The notes under the pieces: generated by a model
Seen by the model: only the letters and a program-made list of their open reading frames with translations
What the model was told of the DNA's origin: nothing
The model's database searches: none
Made by a program: the position numbers and the translations under genes
Shown: one piece after another, positions 1-7,888 of the stretch
How positions within the stretch are numbered: the first letter of the stretch is position 1
Layout: each line of letters starts with the position of its first letter
NCBI GenBank assembly: GCA_036478295.1
Contig: JAZGDW010000012.1
Location: forward strand, 1-20,117
Origin: Candidatus Krumholzibacteriia bacterium
GTDB taxonomy: Bacteria > Krumholzibacteriota > Krumholzibacteriia > WVZY01
Direction of reading: 5' to 3'
DNA length: 20,117 nucleotides

Positions 1-20
1 CCTCCGTTATCAGGCTCAAT

Positions 21-2375
21 TCAATGGATTCCCAACTTGTTATCATCTCCAACGGTTATTTTGTATTTGCCTCCTGATTTAATGGCGCCTTGCACGAATC
101 GGTCGCTGATCAAGCGTGAAACGTGGCTCTCGACCAGCCGCTGCACCGAGCGCGCCCCCGTGGTCCGACTGTCAATTTGTGATATAAGCCATTGCATTGT
201 AGCATCATCCACCTCTATCCCACAAGTGAGAATCTCACTATTGTTCACTTGATCGATAACCCGATTGACTTCCCTGCGGGCGATCTTCTGCAATGTGTCC
301 TTGCCCAGAGGCCCGAAGGGAATAATTTCGAGGCGGTCGATAAACTCCCGGCGGAAGGTCGGGCCGAGTTGTTGGCCCTGGTGTGGGTCCTGATACCTCA
401 GCAGCATCTCCCGGATCTGTCCGTCGTCGGAATCGCCGACATCGGCCAGGGCGTTCGAGGTCATTATAAACACGGAGTTCTTGCAGTCCACGATGCGGCC
501 GTGATTATCCGTCAGGTGGCCATCACTGAGGACCTGCAGCAAAACATCAAAAACACGGCTCGACCCCTTCTCCATCTCGTCGAAGAGCACCACGCTGTAC
601 GGGTTCTCCGTTAGGCTGTTGGTCAGCTCTCCGCCCTCGTCATAACCCACGTACCCCGGTGGCGGGCCTACGAGCCGCTGGTAACTCTCCGGGGTCTGGA
701 ACTCCGACATGTTAAAGCGGACCAACGCCGCCGTGCTACCCATGAGATACTCCGCGACCGCCTTGGCCAACTCGGTCTTGCCGGTGCCGGGCGGGCCCAC
801 GAAAATGAACGATACCTTGGTGCGCGCCGGGTCGCTCAGGCCAAGCCTGAGGTTCTGGATCGCCTTGCTCATCGCATTCGTGGCGCGGTGCTGGTCGTAC
901 ACCCTCCCCTCCAGGTAGTCCTGCAACCCTTTGAGCTTGGCGTGCTCCATCTCCGAGAGCCGCGAAATCGGTATGCCCGTCTCGCGCGCGACCACTTGCA
1001 GCACGTCACGGGAGGCGACGCGCCGACCGTCGGCCGGCCTGGTTTCGACGTCCTTACCCGTGACGGGCGCCGTGTCGGCCGCCGGAGGGGATTTCTCACC
1101 GCCAGCCGGTTTGGATTCCGGCTCCACTTTGTCACGCAGGCTTTGAAACGCACTATCCAGGATTGAAATTGCCTTGGCCGGAAAACGCAGCGACGGCATG
1201 TAGCGCTCGCAGTTGCTCACCACCGCGGGCAGGGTGTCCTCTTCCACGCCGAACCCGTAGTGCTTCTCGAACCTGGGCAGATGCGTCTTGAGCATCTCCA
1301 GGCTCTCGTCCTTGCTCGGTTCCTTGATCTTGACAACTTCGAAGCGGCGAATGAAGGCGTCGTTGGGCCGAATCTTGCCCTCGAATTCCTTGGTCGTGGC
1401 AGCGGCGATCAGCCTGAAGGTCCCTTTGTTCAGGTACGTGTTGAAAAGCCCCAGCAGGCTGCTCGACCCGGCGCTGCCCTGGTCGGCCAGCACGTTGATC
1501 TCATCGAGAAAAAGTACGATGTCTTTGCGCACTATGGCCGCGTCGATCAGCTGCTGCAGGCGCTCCTCCAGCTGCCCGCGGTAGCCGGCTCCGGCGATGA
1601 GCGAGCTGCACGAGACCGAGTAAATTTGACAACCCTTTAGCCACTCGGGAGCCTCGTCGGTCAGGAGCCAGGCGGCCAGCGCTTCCACCAGCGACGTCTT
1701 GCCGACACCGGGATCCCCCACCAGCATTGGGTTGGGCCGTGTCAGCCGTCCCAGGATGCCCGAGATGTGCCGGATCACGTCCTTGCGGTGTGCGGAGAGG
1801 TCGAGCCCCTGGCCGGCGGCCGCCTCGGACAAATTCTGCGCGTAGCGGCCAAGCACGTCGCCAAAGCTCGCCGCGCCCGGTTTTGTCACGGCCGCGCGTT
1901 TGGTGTCACCCGCCCCGTCACTTTTCTGCGCCCCGTACGCCGGGTTGAGTTTGGAAACTTCCAAATAGAGATCATCGAAAGAAAAAGGTGCGCCCCGCAG
2001 CTCGTGCGAGACAAACCCCAGATTGTCACAGAGCATGCACTCGACAATATCGAACTCGTTGAGCAGACGTTCGAGTTCCCTGCCCTTGGCAATCAAGCTG
2101 TTCGCGGTAGCCGTTTCGAGGATGGGTTCGGTGACACCCGAATAACGAGAGGCCGCTTTCTCGGCCAGGGGTGCACACCAATTGACGGCGTCTTCCGGGT
2201 CGCTGCCGAGACGCAGCAGCGGGTTGTCGAGCATACCGTTCTCGAGAGGAGCCAGGAGAAGCTGCGGCCCGCGAAAGTACCGTTGCGAGTATTTTTGTGC
2301 GCGCTCCCGGGCTTCTTCGACGAGTTTTACACCTGTGGGATCCAGCCAGTGATTAACATCTGTGTAAGCGGCCAA
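21..2375 (-). CDS. Clp/Hsp100-family AAA+ ATPase with two nucleotide-binding domains (ClpA/B/C/V-like, atypical)
   Basis: NBD1: Walker A GDPGVGKT (~1695-1718), pore loop AGAGYRGQLEERL, Walker B LFLDE, AFIRRF. NBD2: Walker A GPPGTGKT (~774-797), RLVGPPPGYVGY, VVLFDEMEK, sensor-2 GARS. The ORF track starts at TTG 2381, but the GAGGAG Shine-Dalgarno (2383-2388) is better spaced to the in-frame TTG at 2375. Confidence 0.9.
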   Translation of the reverse strand: MAAYTDVNHWLDPTGVKLVEEARERAQKYSQRYFRGPQLLLAPLENGMLDNPLLRLGSDPEDAVNWCAPLAEKAASRYSGVTEPILETATANSLIAKGRELERLLNEFDIVECMLCDNLGFVSHELRGAPFSFDDLYLEVSKLNPAYGAQKSDGAGDTKRAAVTKPGAASFGDVLGRYAQNLSEAAAGQGLDLSAHRKDVIRHISGILGRLTRPNPMLVGDPGVGKTSLVEALAAWLLTDEAPEWLKGCQIYSVSCSSLIAGAGYRGQLEERLQQLIDAAIVRKDIVLFLDEINVLADQGSAGSSSLLGLFNTYLNKGTFRLIAAATTKEFEGKIRPNDAFIRRFEVVKIKEPSKDESLEMLKTHLPRFEKHYGFGVEEDTLPAVVSNCERYMPSLRFPAKAISILDSAFQSLRDKVEPESKPAGGEKSPPAADTAPVTGKDVETRPADGRRVASRDVLQVVARETGIPISRLSEMEHAKLKGLQDYLEGRVYDQHRATNAMSKAIQNLRLGLSDPARTKVSFIFVGPPGTGKTELAKAVAEYLMGSTAALVRFNMSEFQTPESYQRLVGPPPGYVGYDEGGELTNSLTENPYSVVLFDEMEKGSSRVFDVLLQVLSDGHLTDNHGRIVDCKNSVFIMTSNALADVGDSDDGQIREMLLRYQDPHQGQQLGPTFRREFIDRLEIIPFGPLGKDTLQKIARREVNRVIDQVNNSEILTCGIEVDDATMQWLISQIDSRTTGARSVQRLVESHVSRLISDRFVQGAIKSGGKYKITVGDDNKLGIH

Positions 2376-2546
2376 TTTCAAACTCCTCGGCCGAGTGGTT
2401 GCTTCCGGAGGGATTTAGAAATGATGACCTTACAGTCTCACTAAGCAGTTCTTCGCACGGTTGCGATCGCAAGTTAGTGAAGGGACCCAGCATCGCCGTC
2501 CCGACGCGCAAACGCTGGATTCGTAACTGCGGGCAGTCCGAGTCTA

Positions 2547-2575
2547 ACTGTAAGGGATGTAAATGGCTTTGTCAA
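2547..2575 (-). promoter_or_regulatory. Putative sigma70 promoter for the Clp ATPase operon
   Basis: Minus strand reads TTGACA (2575-2570), a 17-nt spacer, then TACAGT (2552-2547). It lies in an AT-richer patch of the divergent intergenic region. Confidence 0.6.
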
Positions 2576-2749
2576 CCCTGCCGCTTATTTTTGTCGTGAT
2601 CTCTCCCCGATCTTCGATTTTTCGGGCGGCGGTTGCCCCGCGTGCCGGTTTCGATGGACCGCTTTCCCGCCCGCGCGGGCGCCAGACGACGATTTAACCG
2701 CTCGATCCCCTGTCGGGATGCCCCGGTCCTTGGTGGTCGGCGAACCCGT

Positions 2750-2778
2750 TCGACATCCGGAGAAAAGTATGGTAGTCT
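2750..2778 (+). promoter_or_regulatory. Putative sigma70 (extended -10) promoter for the lipoprotein gene
   Basis: TCGACA (2750-2755), a 17-nt spacer ending in TGG, then TAGTCT (2773-2778), about 110 nt upstream of the AGGAGG RBS and ATG 2892. Confidence 0.4.
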
Positions 2779-2891
2779 TCTGCCGTCTTTTCGCGCCGGG
2801 TAAACTCAGCGTTTAGTCCACTCATCTTCACGCCACACTCCTCCATGCTGACCCCACCGGCGATTCCCTGAAGTCCACAGGAGGTAAACGT

Positions 2892-5498
2892 ATGAGGCGA
2901 ATACGAAGGGTTTTTGACCGGAACCCCGCCTGCCCGCCGTTCCGCGGGAGCAGGGTGAGGGTTACGGCCATTTCTTTGGCAGTACTGATGCTTGTCGCCG
3001 TTGTAGGGTGCAGTGGGGACGACCCACCCCCGGTGGCAGTGGACACCAAAGCGCCGACGGTGACATCGATGTCGCCCGCGGCTGGGGCCATTAACGTTTC
3101 GTTGAATACGACGATCAGCGCGACCTTCGACGAGCCGGTACAGGCGGCGTCCGTCAATACCACGACCTTCACCGTGAGTGGTGTGACAGGCACGGTCGCG
3201 CTCAACGGAAAGGTGGCGACCTTCACGCCCTCTGCCCCTCTGGCCGAGAGCACGCCCTACACGGTGACGGTAACTAACGGGGTGAAGGACATCGCGGGTA
3301 ACCCGCTGGCCGCAACCGTGTGGTCGTTTTCGACCCTGGGAACCGCGCCCGTGGTAACGTCGGTCTCTCCCCTGAATGGGGCCACGGGTGTTGCGTTGAG
3401 CAGCACCGTCAGTGCAACCTTTTCGGAAGCGGTCGATCCCGCGACGGTGACTGCGACCACGTTTACGGTGGGCGGCGTGACTGGCACTATCAGTGTCACC
3501 GGTGCGACCGCGACCTTCACGCCCTCTGCCCCCTTGGCGGAGAGCACGACCTTCACGGTGACCGCCAGCACCGGCATAACCGATCTTGCCGGCAACGCGC
3601 TGACTGCCGATTTCGTGTGGTCATTTACAACCCTGGGAACCGCACCAACGGTTGCGTCGGTCTCGCCCCTGAATGGGGCCACGGGTGTTGCACTGAACAC
3701 CACCGTCAGTGCAACCTTTTCGGAAGCGGTAGATCCCGCGACGGTGAATGCAACCACGTTTACGGTGGGCGGCGTGACCGGCGCTATTAGTGTCACCGGT
3801 GCGACCGCGACCTTCACGCCCTCTGCCCCCCTGGCCGAGAGCACGAACTTCACGGCGACCGTCACTACCGGCATAACCGATCTTGCCGGCAACGCGCTGG
3901 CTGCCGATTTCGTGTGGTCGTTTATGACCAGCGGGTTGCCGATTGCCAATGCCGGCGCCGACCAGGACGTGACGAAGAACAATGCCGTCTTTCTGGACGG
4001 TTCGGCGAGCGTCGATCCGGATGGCAGCTCGCTCACCTATTCTTGGACCCAGGTCTCGGGACCGACGGCGGTCATCGTCAACGGCAACACGGCCATGCCG
4101 ACGATCCAGCCGATCGACCAGGTCGCCACGCTGGAGTTCGACCTGGTAGTCACGACGGTTACTCCACCAATCGAAACCAGCACGGCGGACCGCGTCGTGA
4201 TCTGGCTGCTCGAGGACGCGAATAACACGCTGTGGGTCAGCACGGCAGGAAACGACGCCAACGCCGGTACGCGCCAGGCCCCGCTCGCGACGGTGCAGGC
4301 CGCCGTCGATGCGGCGAACGCGGGCGCCCAGGGCGCCGACGTCTATGTCACCGACGGGACGTTTGCGGAAACCGTTACGCTGCGCACGAGCGTGAGTATT
4401 TACGGCGGTTTCAACACGGCGAGCTGGCTCCGTGATATCGCGACGAACCAGACCATCATCGTCGGCGGGCCACGAGCGATGTTCGGCTCGGGGGCCAACG
4501 ACCTCACCGTCGACGGCTTGACCGTGCGGAGCGCGGCAGGTGTGACGGCGGGTGAGAGTTCGATAGTAATCGGCTTGAGCGCCAGCACGGGCGTCGTGAT
4601 TTCGAACAACATCCTGACCGCCCAGGACGGTGCCGCCGGTAGCAATGGTTCCAACGGATCGAGTGGCGCCAGCGGCGATTTTGGCAACACCGCGACCACT
4701 TCGACGGGTGCCGGCGGTGGATCTGGCGGCCCGGGCGGAAACGGTGGACGTGGCGGCAACGGCGGTGGAATCTTCGGTGGCGGATCCAACGGGTCCGCTG
4801 GAGCCGGATCCGCTGGAGCCGGTGGCAGCGGTGGGGGCCCCGACTCGAATGGCTCGACCGGGGGCTCTGGGGGCAACGGCACCAACGGATCGAGTGGCGG
4901 CGGTGGCGGCTCCTTCGGCTCTGTCGGCAGCGGCATCTACAACCCTGCCGCTGGGGGCAACGGTACGACCGGAAGCGCCGGTAGCGGTGGTGGCGGCGGC
5001 GGTGGCGGTGGCGGCGAGAGCAATCTCTTCGGAAGTTCCGGCGGTGGTGGCGGTGGCGGCGGCGAGGGCGGTGCCGGCGCTACCCGCGGCACCCGCGGCC
5101 TGGGTGGCGGAGGCTCGTTCGGCATCGTTCTCAGCAACAGTGACGCAACGATTACCGGAAACAACATTACCACTGGCGCCGGTGGCTCTGGCGGAACCGG
5201 GGGCCTCGGCCGTACCGGCGGTAGCGGCGGTAGCGGCGGCAGCGGTGACGTTGTCTCCGGTGCGGGAAACGGTGGACGTGGCGGCAACGGTGGCAGAGGT
5301 GGCCACAGCGGTGCTGGTGGCGGTGCTGGTGGAGGCCCCACGTTCGGGATCGTTGCGAACGCGGGGAGCACACCGACATCATCGAACAACACGTTCACGA
5401 TCGGCGCCCCCGGAACGGGTGGAGCCGGTGGGACGAGTTCGGTTGGCAGCGGAGGAACAGGTGAATCCGGGCAGACCGGAGACGAGCTACAGCTCTAG
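2892..5498 (+). CDS. Surface lipoprotein: 3x bacterial Ig-like (SbsA/Big_5-type) domains, PKD-like domain, DUF1565/beta-helix-like region, Gly-rich PGRS-like C-terminus
   Basis: AGGAGG RBS at ~2879-2884. Basic N-region, hydrophobic stretch and lipobox VVG|C (Cys40). Three repeats of APxVxSxSP..GA..V.L...SATFxE.V...ATFTPSAPLAEST...D.AGN.L...WSF. ANAGADQ..LDGSAS.DPDG..LTYSWTQVSG is PKD-like. WVSTAGNDANAGT..P.ATVQAA resembles a DUF1565 start. Long GGxGGxGG tracts follow. Confidence 0.85.
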   Translation: MRRIRRVFDRNPACPPFRGSRVRVTAISLAVLMLVAVVGCSGDDPPPVAVDTKAPTVTSMSPAAGAINVSLNTTISATFDEPVQAASVNTTTFTVSGVTGTVALNGKVATFTPSAPLAESTPYTVTVTNGVKDIAGNPLAATVWSFSTLGTAPVVTSVSPLNGATGVALSSTVSATFSEAVDPATVTATTFTVGGVTGTISVTGATATFTPSAPLAESTTFTVTASTGITDLAGNALTADFVWSFTTLGTAPTVASVSPLNGATGVALNTTVSATFSEAVDPATVNATTFTVGGVTGAISVTGATATFTPSAPLAESTNFTATVTTGITDLAGNALAADFVWSFMTSGLPIANAGADQDVTKNNAVFLDGSASVDPDGSSLTYSWTQVSGPTAVIVNGNTAMPTIQPIDQVATLEFDLVVTTVTPPIETSTADRVVIWLLEDANNTLWVSTAGNDANAGTRQAPLATVQAAVDAANAGAQGADVYVTDGTFAETVTLRTSVSIYGGFNTASWLRDIATNQTIIVGGPRAMFGSGANDLTVDGLTVRSAAGVTAGESSIVIGLSASTGVVISNNILTAQDGAAGSNGSNGSSGASGDFGNTATTSTGAGGGSGGPGGNGGRGGNGGGIFGGGSNGSAGAGSAGAGGSGGGPDSNGSTGGSGGNGTNGSSGGGGGSFGSVGSGIYNPAAGGNGTTGSAGSGGGGGGGGGGESNLFGSSGGGGGGGGEGGAGATRGTRGLGGGGSFGIVLSNSDATITGNNITTGAGGSGGTGGLGRTGGSGGSGGSGDVVSGAGNGGRGGNGGRGGHSGAGGGAGGGPTFGIVANAGSTPTSSNNTFTIGAPGTGGAGGTSSVGSGGTGESGQTGDELQL
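3045..3935 (+). repeat. Three tandem 297-bp intragenic repeats encoding the Ig-like domains
   Basis: GTGTGGTC recurs at 3318, 3615 and 3912, and ACCGATCTTGCCGGCAACGCGCTG at 3579 and 3876, giving a period of exactly 297 bp. Copies 2 and 3 are near-identical; copy 1 is more diverged. Confidence 0.9.
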
Positions 5499-5525
5499 GT
5501 TGTCCCTTTGTGCGTAACTCACAAG

Positions 5526-5554
5526 AAGGGCGGCTCTTCGGAGCCGCCCTTTTT
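5526..5554 (+). terminator. Rho-independent terminator, possibly bidirectional
   Basis: Stem AAGGGCGGCTC, TTCG loop, GAGCCGCCCTT, running into a T-tract. It starts 28 nt after the lipoprotein stop, between convergent genes. Confidence 0.9.
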
Positions 5555-5674
5555 GCTACGCTCTTCGATTGCTGGTAGCGGTACCGGCCGGTTGTGCGGT
5601 ATTCACCGGCGCCGTACCGGCGCCGCCCGCGGCTGACGGGTCATGGAATGCCCGGGCTACCGGCATGGTCCAAC

Positions 5675-5974
5675 TCAGGTGGTCTCGTCGATCAGCTCGA
5701 CGAATCGCCCCCACGGGATCGCCGTCCAGGTCTCCGCCTCCAGGGCGCCGGACGACCGCGTGATCATCGACACCTTGGCGGCAACTTCCTCATTCGGCGC
5801 CTCGAAGATGTCCAGGAAATCGTGCGGTCCCAGCAACACATAGTGCGAGATCCACTTCACCTCCGGGCACTTCTTCGCCACCTCTTTCATCCACTTTTTG
5901 CCGATTTTTTCGCGGTGCTTGAGGTCGCTCATTACCTCGGGCGTCAGTTTGGTCAAGAGGATGTAAGTAGCCAT
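5675..5974 (-). CDS. GYD-domain protein (function unknown)
   Basis: 99 aa with MATYILLTKLT...HYVLLGPHDFLDIFEAPNEEVAAKVS...ETWTAIP, the typical GYD pattern. GAGGAGG RBS at ~5981-5987. Confidence 0.85.
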   Translation of the reverse strand: MATYILLTKLTPEVMSDLKHREKIGKKWMKEVAKKCPEVKWISHYVLLGPHDFLDIFEAPNEEVAAKVSMITRSSGALEAETWTAIPWGRFVELIDETT

Positions 5975-5993
5975 CGAAAACCTCCTCGTTCAA

Positions 5994-7052
5994 CTAGAGT
6001 GCCTGCGCCTTCCACCCGGCCGACCGGTGGCGCTCCCCGCCGTCACCGAGCATGAGGCACGCGCTTTGTGGCGTGGAGTCGATCAGCCGCAGCCCGTCTC
6101 CCGGGCCCATGACAAAGACGGCGGTAGCGAGCGCATCGGCCTGCATCACCGACCGCGCCGTGACAGTGACGCTTTTACTATAATGAGGGGAGCGGCCTGT
6201 GTGCGGGTCGACCAGGTGGTTGTAAACCTTTTCCCTGTCATAGTATATCTCATAACTTCCCGACGTGGCGACTGCGGCGGATGTCAGCCGCAGAACTTCC
6301 GGGTAGCGTCCCTTCTTTTCCGGATCTTCGACGGCCACGGTCCACGGCCGCCCGTCCGCCCGGCGACCGCGGGTACGGATATCACCGCCGGCATTGACAA
6401 GGTGATCGTCGATTCCCCGCGCGCTGAGAACCTGTGAAATCTGGTCGACGACATACCCCTTGGCAATGCCGTCCAACGTAATGCCCATACCACGAGTCGA
6501 GAACCGGATGTGCCCGTCCGCCATCTCTATTCCGTCCGAGCCCACCCGTGCGAGCGCGTCCCGGAGTTCGCCATCCGTCGGCATCGCCCCGCCCTGTCCC
6601 GGACTTTTCTCGAATAGATCGACCAGCGGTTTGACCGTGATGTCGAAGGCACCCCGGCTGGTGCGATGCAAATCGAGTGCCCGCTGCACGACTTCTACCA
6701 GCTCAGCGGGCGGCCGCCGAATAATGCCCTCACTATTAAGAACCGCCACCGGCGAAGCGGTGTCGTGACGACTGAGGATCGCGATGAGACGTTCCATTTC
6801 TTCGAACGCGCGGCCGATGGCCTCCTCGGCGTGATCGGCCGAGGCGTGCACGGCAGTAATGGTGACGTACGTGCCCATGGCGATACGGGATCGAGAGACG
6901 CGGACCCGGTCGCGGCCGACCCTCACGACTTCGAACAGCGCCTGCAGGGCTCCCCCGCCGGCCGCACCGATACCGAAGATCCCGCACGCTTTCAAGAAGC
7001 CCCTCCGGTCGAAGGCGCGCTCCGCCCATGGCCATAGTTTTCTTGTGATCAT
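5994..7052 (-). CDS. apbE: FAD:protein FMN transferase (ApbE family) with twin-arginine signal peptide
   Basis: Motifs AMGT, GAFDITVKPL, LDGIAKGYVVD, VNAGGD, VATSGSYE, HLVDPHTG and ADALATA. N-terminal FDRRGFLK plus hydrophobic stretch. The real start is ATG 7052 (TGATG overlap with the upstream gene), not 7961 as in the ORF track. Confidence 0.93.
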   Translation of the reverse strand: MITRKLWPWAERAFDRRGFLKACGIFGIGAAGGGALQALFEVVRVGRDRVRVSRSRIAMGTYVTITAVHASADHAEEAIGRAFEEMERLIAILSRHDTASPVAVLNSEGIIRRPPAELVEVVQRALDLHRTSRGAFDITVKPLVDLFEKSPGQGGAMPTDGELRDALARVGSDGIEMADGHIRFSTRGMGITLDGIAKGYVVDQISQVLSARGIDDHLVNAGGDIRTRGRRADGRPWTVAVEDPEKKGRYPEVLRLTSAAVATSGSYEIYYDREKVYNHLVDPHTGRSPHYSKSVTVTARSVMQADALATAVFVMGPGDGLRLIDSTPQSACLMLGDGGERHRSAGWKAQAL

Positions 7053-7303
7053 CAGGTTCCCCTCGGTTTTCCGCTCGAAATCAAGCGCTCGCCCTGTTCT
7101 TGCTTTTTTGTGGCTGTTTCCGGTGCGCGCTCCGGGTTGAAGCCGCAGTGGCACATACCGCCGGCGCCGCACATGCGGCACTGCAACACGTCCGAGCCGC
7201 TCGGGAGATCCGGCGATTGCCGCCGTACCAGTGCCTGCACGGCGACCCAACCGCCGGCGAGCGCCGCGATTGCCACCACGGCCACGAGCAAATGATACAA
7301 CAC
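7052..7303 (-). CDS. Small membrane-anchored Cys-rich protein (NqrM-like architecture)
   Basis: 83 aa with an N-terminal TM helix and CRMC..GGMCHC. It fills the gap between rnfA (3-nt spacing) and apbE (1-nt overlap). Confidence 0.7.
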   Translation of the reverse strand: MLYHLLVAVVAIAALAGGWVAVQALVRRQSPDLPSGSDVLQCRMCGAGGMCHCGFNPERAPETATKKQEQGERLISSGKPRGT

Positions 7304-7306
7304 GCG

Positions 7307-7888
7307 TCAGCCCCCCATTCCCGCAAACCCCATAAAGGCCATCGACAGTATACCGGCCAGCATGAGGGTCAGCGCCGCGCCTTTGACGACCGACGACACG
7401 TCGGCCAGCTCGAGCCGCTGCCGAAGTCCGGACATGAGCAGCAGGGCCAGGGTGAAACCCGCTCCCGCGCCGAGAGCGAAGCTCAGCGATTGTCCGAAAC
7501 TGTACTGCCGGTTGGTCTGAAATAGCGCCAGTCCCAGGATGGCGCAGTTGGTCGTAATCAGGGGCAGAAAAATCCCCAGTGCGCGGAAGAGCGCCGGGCT
7601 GAATTTCTTGATGAACATCTCTACCAGTTGGACCGCCGACGCGATCACGACGATGTACGAGATCAAGTGCAAGTACGGAGCGTCGATTGCCACCAGGGCA
7701 CGGTGGATGCCGAAAGCACAGATCGAGCTGACGAGCATCACAAAGGTGACCGCCGCGCCCATGCGAAGCGCCGTGTCGACCCTTCCCGAGACCCCGAGGA
7801 ACGGACAGATTCCCAAGAACATACTCAAGACGAAATTGTTGATCAGCGCCGCGTTGATAAATATCTGCAGGGATGAGACGTCGTTCAT
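7307..7888 (-). CDS. rnfA: Rnf electron transport complex subunit A
   Basis: NNFVLSMFLGICPFLGVS, IASAVQLVEM and LGIFLPLITTNCAILG. ATG 7888 overlaps the rnfE stop (ATGA). Confidence 0.95.
   Translation of the reverse strand: MNDVSSLQIFINAALINNFVLSMFLGICPFLGVSGRVDTALRMGAAVTFVMLVSSICAFGIHRALVAIDAPYLHLISYIVVIASAVQLVEMFIKKFSPALFRALGIFLPLITTNCAILGLALFQTNRQYSFGQSLSFALGAGAGFTLALLLMSGLRQRLELADVSSVVKGAALTLMLAGILSMAFMGFAGMGG

Noticed and set aside
21..2375. Assigning clpB, clpC or clpV as gene symbol
   Set aside because: It lacks the ClpB M-domain and the ClpA/C IGF loop, and no T6SS genes are visible in the window.
2399..2599. 66-aa Cys-containing ORF in the divergent intergenic region
   Set aside because: It has a non-ATG start, overlaps the predicted minus-strand promoter and leader, and matches no recognisable family.
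3257..5517. Long alternative and antisense ORFs over the lipoprotein gene (561 aa, 295 aa, 259 aa, Pro-rich 178/153 aa)
   Set aside because: These are shadow frames of GC-rich, repetitive Gly/Thr/Ala codons, with no RBS or domain motifs.
5577..5630. Short GC-rich repeats (ACCGGCGCCG twice) after the terminator
   Set aside because: They are too short and too few for a CRISPR, REP or MITE call, and are expected by chance at this GC content.
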